Positions 52,644 to 56,415 of a DNA stretch of 56,415 nt are shown here, one piece after another; position 1 is the first letter of the stretch; each line of letters begins with the position of its first letter. This DNA comes from an uncultured Candidatus Saccharibacteria bacterium (GTDB lineage Bacteria > Patescibacteriota > Saccharimonadia > Saccharimonadales > Saccharimonadaceae): contig CAYZJK010000002.1 in the NCBI GenBank assembly GCA_964479125.1, positions 1 through 56,415 on the forward strand. The letters are read 5' to 3'. Both the position numbers and the translations under genes were made by a program. Below the pieces are notes generated by a model, which searched no databases, was not told where the DNA came from, and worked only from the letters and a program-made list of their open reading frames with translations.

Positions 52644-54377
52644 ATGGTGGGGCGTAGAGTAGTGCGCAATTCAAAATGGCGTAGTCTAGTAGCTAGCGCA
52701 AGGAAGCGATGGACTGTTTCTATTTCTTTGGGTGTCCTACTTCTAATCTTATTAATCCAACTATTATACCCAAGTAGTGTAACGGTTCCGTTTGCTAAGA
52801 TAGCCGGTAAATATCATGGCTTTTCATCAAACGTCGAGATTGAGAAAAACCTACAGTCTCAGTTTATCGACACTAAGTTAGGAATATCTGTTAAAGGAGA
52901 CCTCAAGCAATACGAACTATCTAAGGTCGGGGCAGAGCTGCAGCTAGACGATATGACTAGTCAGCTAGTTAACTATCCGTTATCACTTAGAGTGATACCA
53001 CTTTCTATCGTATTTTATTCTCCTGAAGTAGAGGAGTTAAGTGTACAGTTTGATCGCGACAGGTTAAAAGAGTTTGCTGGTGAATTCTCTGAGAAGTATA
53101 ACAAAGAGCCTAAGAACGCATCTATTAAGCTTGAGGGTGATCAAATCTTAGCTGAGGAGGCGAGTCACGGATACAGTATTAATCCAGACCAGCTAATAGA
53201 TAGAATCGAATCTCAGCAGTATGAGATTAATGAGAAGAGTACATTTGCAGCACCACTAGAGTTTGTAGAGCCTGAAGTGACAGATGCTGAGGTTGAGCAG
53301 GCTAGAGGGCAATTGGAAACTGCCCTTTCTAAGCAGATTATAGTCTCAAATGATACTACAGGTCAGCAGTTTACGCCAGAAAAACCAGTAGTTGCGTCTT
53401 GGCTAGCTGTACAAAGAGTAGAAGAGGATAACTCTGTACAAGTAACCCTTCAGCCTGAAGCTATATCTAAATATATTGAAGAGCTTAATCAGCAGGTCGG
53501 AGAAGCACCAGATCCTGTAAAAGTTACGTTTCGTGATGGACGTGAAGTAGAGAGAGTCGGAGGGTCTCAAGGTGTTGGTGTTGATCAGGGTAAGTTCATG
53601 GCAGATATCCAGAGCTCAATCTTTACACCGACTGCATATGCCTATGTGTCACTAACCTTAAAAGATTTAGCTCCGGCTGAGCAAATTAATTACACATACA
53701 CTAATACCGAGGCAGGATTAGCCGCAAAATTAGATGAGTTGACTTCTAGGTATAATGCAAAGATATCTATTAAACAGCTAGATGGTGGGAAGTGGTCTGC
53801 CAACTCTAAGGGTGCTGAGACTTGGCCAAGCGCCAGTACATATAAGTTATATGTTGCTGCCATGCTGTTCTCTAAGATTGAGACTGGGGAAACTAGCTGG
53901 AATGATCAGCTGATAGATAGGTCAGTAACAAGCTGTTTTGAAAGTATGATTGTGGTTTCTGCTAATGAGTGTGCTGAGGAGTGGCTAAGGAAGTTTGGTC
54001 GAAGTACCCTGGAGCGCTATATCTATGAGCGAGGGATTAGTGACGCGACTAGGTTTACTGATTCTGGTCCAGCTCGCACCAGTGCTAATGATCTAGTTAA
54101 GATTCTCGAAGGTTTCCATAACGGGTCACTTGCTAACGGAGATAATACTAATCGACTGATGGATGCAATGGGTCGTCAGATTTGGAGAAAGGGTATTCCT
54201 GCTGGCACTGCTGGATCGGTAAATGATAAGGTCGGATTTTTATGGGATTACACGCATGACGCCGGAATCGTCCGACACCCAAGAGGTACATACATCTTAG
54301 CCGTGATGACAAAAGGTCATAATTATGGTACTATTAGCCAGATTACAAAAGAAATAGAACAGGTGATGTATCCTTGA
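52644..54377 (+). CDS. Membrane-anchored protein with a C-terminal class A beta-lactamase-like serine hydrolase domain
   Basis: N-terminal TM. The C-terminal domain has SxxK (SASTYK), SxN (SANE) and KxG (DKVGF) motifs. The ~330-aa middle region is unassigned. Confidence 0.7.
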   Translation: MVGRRVVRNSKWRSLVASARKRWTVSISLGVLLLILLIQLLYPSSVTVPFAKIAGKYHGFSSNVEIEKNLQSQFIDTKLGISVKGDLKQYELSKVGAELQLDDMTSQLVNYPLSLRVIPLSIVFYSPEVEELSVQFDRDRLKEFAGEFSEKYNKEPKNASIKLEGDQILAEEASHGYSINPDQLIDRIESQQYEINEKSTFAAPLEFVEPEVTDAEVEQARGQLETALSKQIIVSNDTTGQQFTPEKPVVASWLAVQRVEEDNSVQVTLQPEAISKYIEELNQQVGEAPDPVKVTFRDGREVERVGGSQGVGVDQGKFMADIQSSIFTPTAYAYVSLTLKDLAPAEQINYTYTNTEAGLAAKLDELTSRYNAKISIKQLDGGKWSANSKGAETWPSASTYKLYVAAMLFSKIETGETSWNDQLIDRSVTSCFESMIVVSANECAEEWLRKFGRSTLERYIYERGISDATRFTDSGPARTSANDLVKILEGFHNGSLANGDNTNRLMDAMGRQIWRKGIPAGTAGSVNDKVGFLWDYTHDAGIVRHPRGTYILAVMTKGHNYGTISQITKEIEQVMYP

Positions 54378-55099
54378 AGTTAAGACTGGATAATGAGTTA
54401 GTGAAGCGTGGGTTAGTAAGCAGCAGATCTCAAGCAGAGAGCTATATTAAGCTCGGAAAAGTAACTGTGGACTCTAATGTTGTTACCAAGGCTGGCGCTC
54501 AAGTCCGCGAATCATCTGTTATTACTGTAGATGTTGAAGAGCAGTATGTTAGTAGGGCGGGGCACAAGTTAGCCAGTGTGGCGAACGAATTTCATATCGA
54601 CTTCACAGACTCGATAGTTTTAGATGTCGGCTCCAGTACTGGTGGATTTACAGACTACGCCTTAAAGCACAGTGCTTCGTATGTCTATGCTGTCGACGTT
54701 GGAACAGATCAGCTACATAGTAGCCTAAGAGGTGATAGTCGGATTGAGCTTCACGAAAAGACAGACATTCGCGACTTTAAACGTCCCGAAAAAGATATCG
54801 ACTTCGTTGTAATGGATGTATCATTCATTTCTCTAAGAGAGATATTGCCGCATATATCTAAAAACTTAATCAACCCTAAAACGGTAGTGCTTGCTATGGT
54901 TAAGCCGCAGTTTGAGGCTAGACGCGACCAGGTTAATAAGGGTGTAGTTAAGAATAAATCGGTCAGACGAAAGATATTGGATGACTTTGAGTTGTGGGTG
55001 AGTCAGTATTTTGTAGTTTTAGATAAGCGCGACAGCTCCGTAGCCGGAGCAAAAGGTAATGTTGAGCGCTTCTATAAACTAAGACAGCCTAAACGTTAA
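54374..55099 (+). CDS. tlyA: TlyA family rRNA (cytidine-2'-O)-methyltransferase
   Basis: S4 domain RLDNELVKRGLVSSRSQAESYIKLGKVTVD and the FtsJ-like SAM motif LDVGSSTGGFTDY. TTG start overlaps the upstream stop. Confidence 0.85.
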   Translation: MKLRLDNELVKRGLVSSRSQAESYIKLGKVTVDSNVVTKAGAQVRESSVITVDVEEQYVSRAGHKLASVANEFHIDFTDSIVLDVGSSTGGFTDYALKHSASYVYAVDVGTDQLHSSLRGDSRIELHEKTDIRDFKRPEKDIDFVVMDVSFISLREILPHISKNLINPKTVVLAMVKPQFEARRDQVNKGVVKNKSVRRKILDDFELWVSQYFVVLDKRDSSVAGAKGNVERFYKLRQPKR

Positions 55100-56162
55100 A
55101 CTTAAACTCTACTACGTCATCAGGTTGCATGACGTATGTTTTTCCTTCGGTTCTTACAAGACCCTCAGCCTTAGCGTTCTGTAATGAACCAGCATTAACT
55201 AAATCGCTAAATGATACAACCTGAGCGGCAATGAAGCCTCTTTCAAAGTCGCCATGGATTACACCAGCAGCCTCTGGGGCGGTCGCACCCTGCTTAATGG
55301 TCCAGGCCCTCACTTCTTGTGGGCCAGCTGTCAGATAGCTCTGTAGCCCAAGAGTGGAGTAGGCGGCTTTAATGAGGTTGCTTAGACCGGTGTCTGCTAC
55401 ACCGTAACCTTCTAGCAGTTCTTTGGCGTCAGTCTGACTGAGGCCTTTTATCTCCTCTTCTAATTTAGCTGAAACGAATACTACTTCTGAAGGATGAACT
55501 AGAGCTTTTAGTTCCTCTTGTCGAGCTTCGTCAGTAAGGTCCTCTTCTGAAACATTAAATGCAAAGATGACTGGCTTGGCGGTGAGTAGATTTAAGTGTG
55601 AAATATCTTCAGGGTCGATGTCGCTAATCTTATTGACTGGCGTTTCATTACGCAGTTCATTAAGAATAGACTCAAGTCGGTTTACTTTTTCTCTAGTCTT
55701 TGGATTAGCCTTGGCTTCCTTTTGTAATTTAGGAAGGTGATTCTCCAGTGTTTGAATGTCAGCTAGGATAAGCTCGGTCTCGATAGTTTCAATATCCCTA
55801 GTTGGATCAACCGAGTTTGAAACGTGAATTACGTCGTCGTTCTCAAAGGCTCTTACGACATGAACAACTGCCTCGCACTGCCTGATGTTAGCTAAGAATT
55901 TATTACCAAGGCCCTCACCAGCTGAAGCCCCAGCAACTAAACCAGCGATATCTACAAACTTAACAGTAGCGGGTAGGATCTTTTTGCTGCCGTGAATTTC
56001 CGCTAATTTGTCTAATCTGTCGTCAGGTACAGGAACGATACCAGTGTTTGGTTCAATGGTAGCAAACGGATAGTTAGCAGCTAGAATGTCATTGTTTGTT
56101 AGTGCGTTGAATAAGGTGGACTTACCGACATTAGGTAGACCTACAATTCCAATACTTAGCAT
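55089..56162 (-). CDS. ychF: Redox-regulated ATPase YchF
   Basis: [17 protein letters not shown], the NxxE-type G4, a TGS-like C-terminus, and the YchF C-terminal domain ([10 protein letters not shown]). Its 3' end overlaps tlyA by 11 nt. Confidence 0.95.
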   Translation of the reverse strand: MLSIGIVGLPNVGKSTLFNALTNNDILAANYPFATIEPNTGIVPVPDDRLDKLAEIHGSKKILPATVKFVDIAGLVAGASAGEGLGNKFLANIRQCEAVVHVVRAFENDDVIHVSNSVDPTRDIETIETELILADIQTLENHLPKLQKEAKANPKTREKVNRLESILNELRNETPVNKISDIDPEDISHLNLLTAKPVIFAFNVSEEDLTDEARQEELKALVHPSEVVFVSAKLEEEIKGLSQTDAKELLEGYGVADTGLSNLIKAAYSTLGLQSYLTAGPQEVRAWTIKQGATAPEAAGVIHGDFERGFIAAQVVSFSDLVNAGSLQNAKAEGLVRTEGKTYVMQPDDVVEFKFNV

Positions 56163-56415
56163 TCAACCCAACCTTTTCTTGGTTATTTTGTATTGTTGTG
56201 TCTCTTGTATCGCTATGCTCAACATCTAACCCGACCTTGTTTACAGTTAATGAAGTAGCATATGCTGGTATTTTTCCGCATATTCTTACAGTCTCCTTAG
56301 TTTCTATTACTATATCAACAATCTTCCTAACAGTAAAAAGCTTGTCCTCATAACCTAAATTACTGAGGTTTCTAGATTAATCTCACGTAATTGTGCTAAC
56401 TTGTCCGCTTCTGAC

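Noticed and set aside
55089-55099. The 11-nt convergent overlap of the tlyA and ychF 3' ends, and the 8-nt overlap of the GT-C and GT2 genes at 34384-34391, considered as possible regulatory antisense arrangements.
   Set aside because: Short convergent stop-region overlaps are common in compact genomes. There is no additional structure or motif to support a specific function.
1-56415. Alternative genetic code (UGA recoded, as in some CPR lineages).
   Set aside because: TGA terminates conserved proteins at expected lengths (ABC ATPase at 2106-2108, dnaG at 23395-23397, the 577-aa hydrolase at 54375-54377). No conserved gene is interrupted by in-frame TGA.
56163-56415. The 250-nt tail of the window, checked as a possible tRNA, small RNA or gene.
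   Set aside because: There is no tRNA-like T-arm or acceptor pattern and no ORF above 20 aa. The last ~33 nt could be the 3' end of a minus-strand gene (…GQVSTIT-stop) but that is too short to call. The rest is probably the ychF promoter region.

Overview
This is a 56.4-kb, gene-dense window with 50 protein-coding genes, 42 on the + strand and 8 on the - strand. Many neighbours overlap by 1-35 nt or are coupled through ATGA/GTGA. The standard genetic code applies, since TGA, TAA and TAG all close conserved C-termini. By eye I found no rRNA, tRNA, CRISPR array, transposase, integrase or prophage genes.

Most of the window is a housekeeping core:
- Nucleotide metabolism: nrdAB, zwf, pyrG.
- Replication and repair: dnaG, polA, mutM, holA, a UDG, ftsK, ssb.
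- Transcription, translation and RNA turnover: argS, orn, rpoD, rpsT, truB, rpsO, pnp, RNase J, rpsF, rpsR, efp, tlyA, ychF.
- Other: mscL and a DEAH helicase.

The small gene set, the Lys/Ala-rich tails on conserved proteins and a BspA-type LRR surface protein fit a reduced-genome Patescibacteria (CPR) organism, probably Saccharibacteria-like. That placement is an inference only.

The parts that deserve a second look are:
1. The only clearly accessory pocket (about 3.0-6.9 kb). It holds an autoinhibited Fic AMPylase convergent with an orphan two-gene cassette. The cassette is a 509-aa protein whose core looks ADP-ribosyltransferase-like by eye, tightly coupled to a 128-aa very acidic partner. 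I read it as a candidate toxin/immunity or defence pair.
2. An unusual ribonucleotide reductase module. The R2 subunit has the class Ic signature (Phe at the radical-Tyr position, Glu as first metal ligand). The R1 subunit has no C-terminal redox cysteine pair. A PNPOx-like flavoprotein lies in the operon. A separately promoted 58-aa protein ends in CDGCQ, and NrdR-box-like operators precede both nrdA and this small gene.
3. A PD-(D/E)xK nuclease-fold protein overlapping the end of polA.
4. A Gtr-like envelope glycosylation plus pyruvylation cluster.
5. A recurrent TGnTATACT -10 box lying 5-8 nt upstream of about ten start codons, which suggests leaderless mRNAs.
6. Several degenerate or decorated housekeeping proteins: a DnaG without zinc ligands, a Cys-free family-4-like UDG, an Arg32 EF-P, an S20 with an H1-like tail, and a DHH-fold pseudoenzyme with a 450-aa disordered tail.

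All functional calls come from motif reading by eye; no database search was possible.
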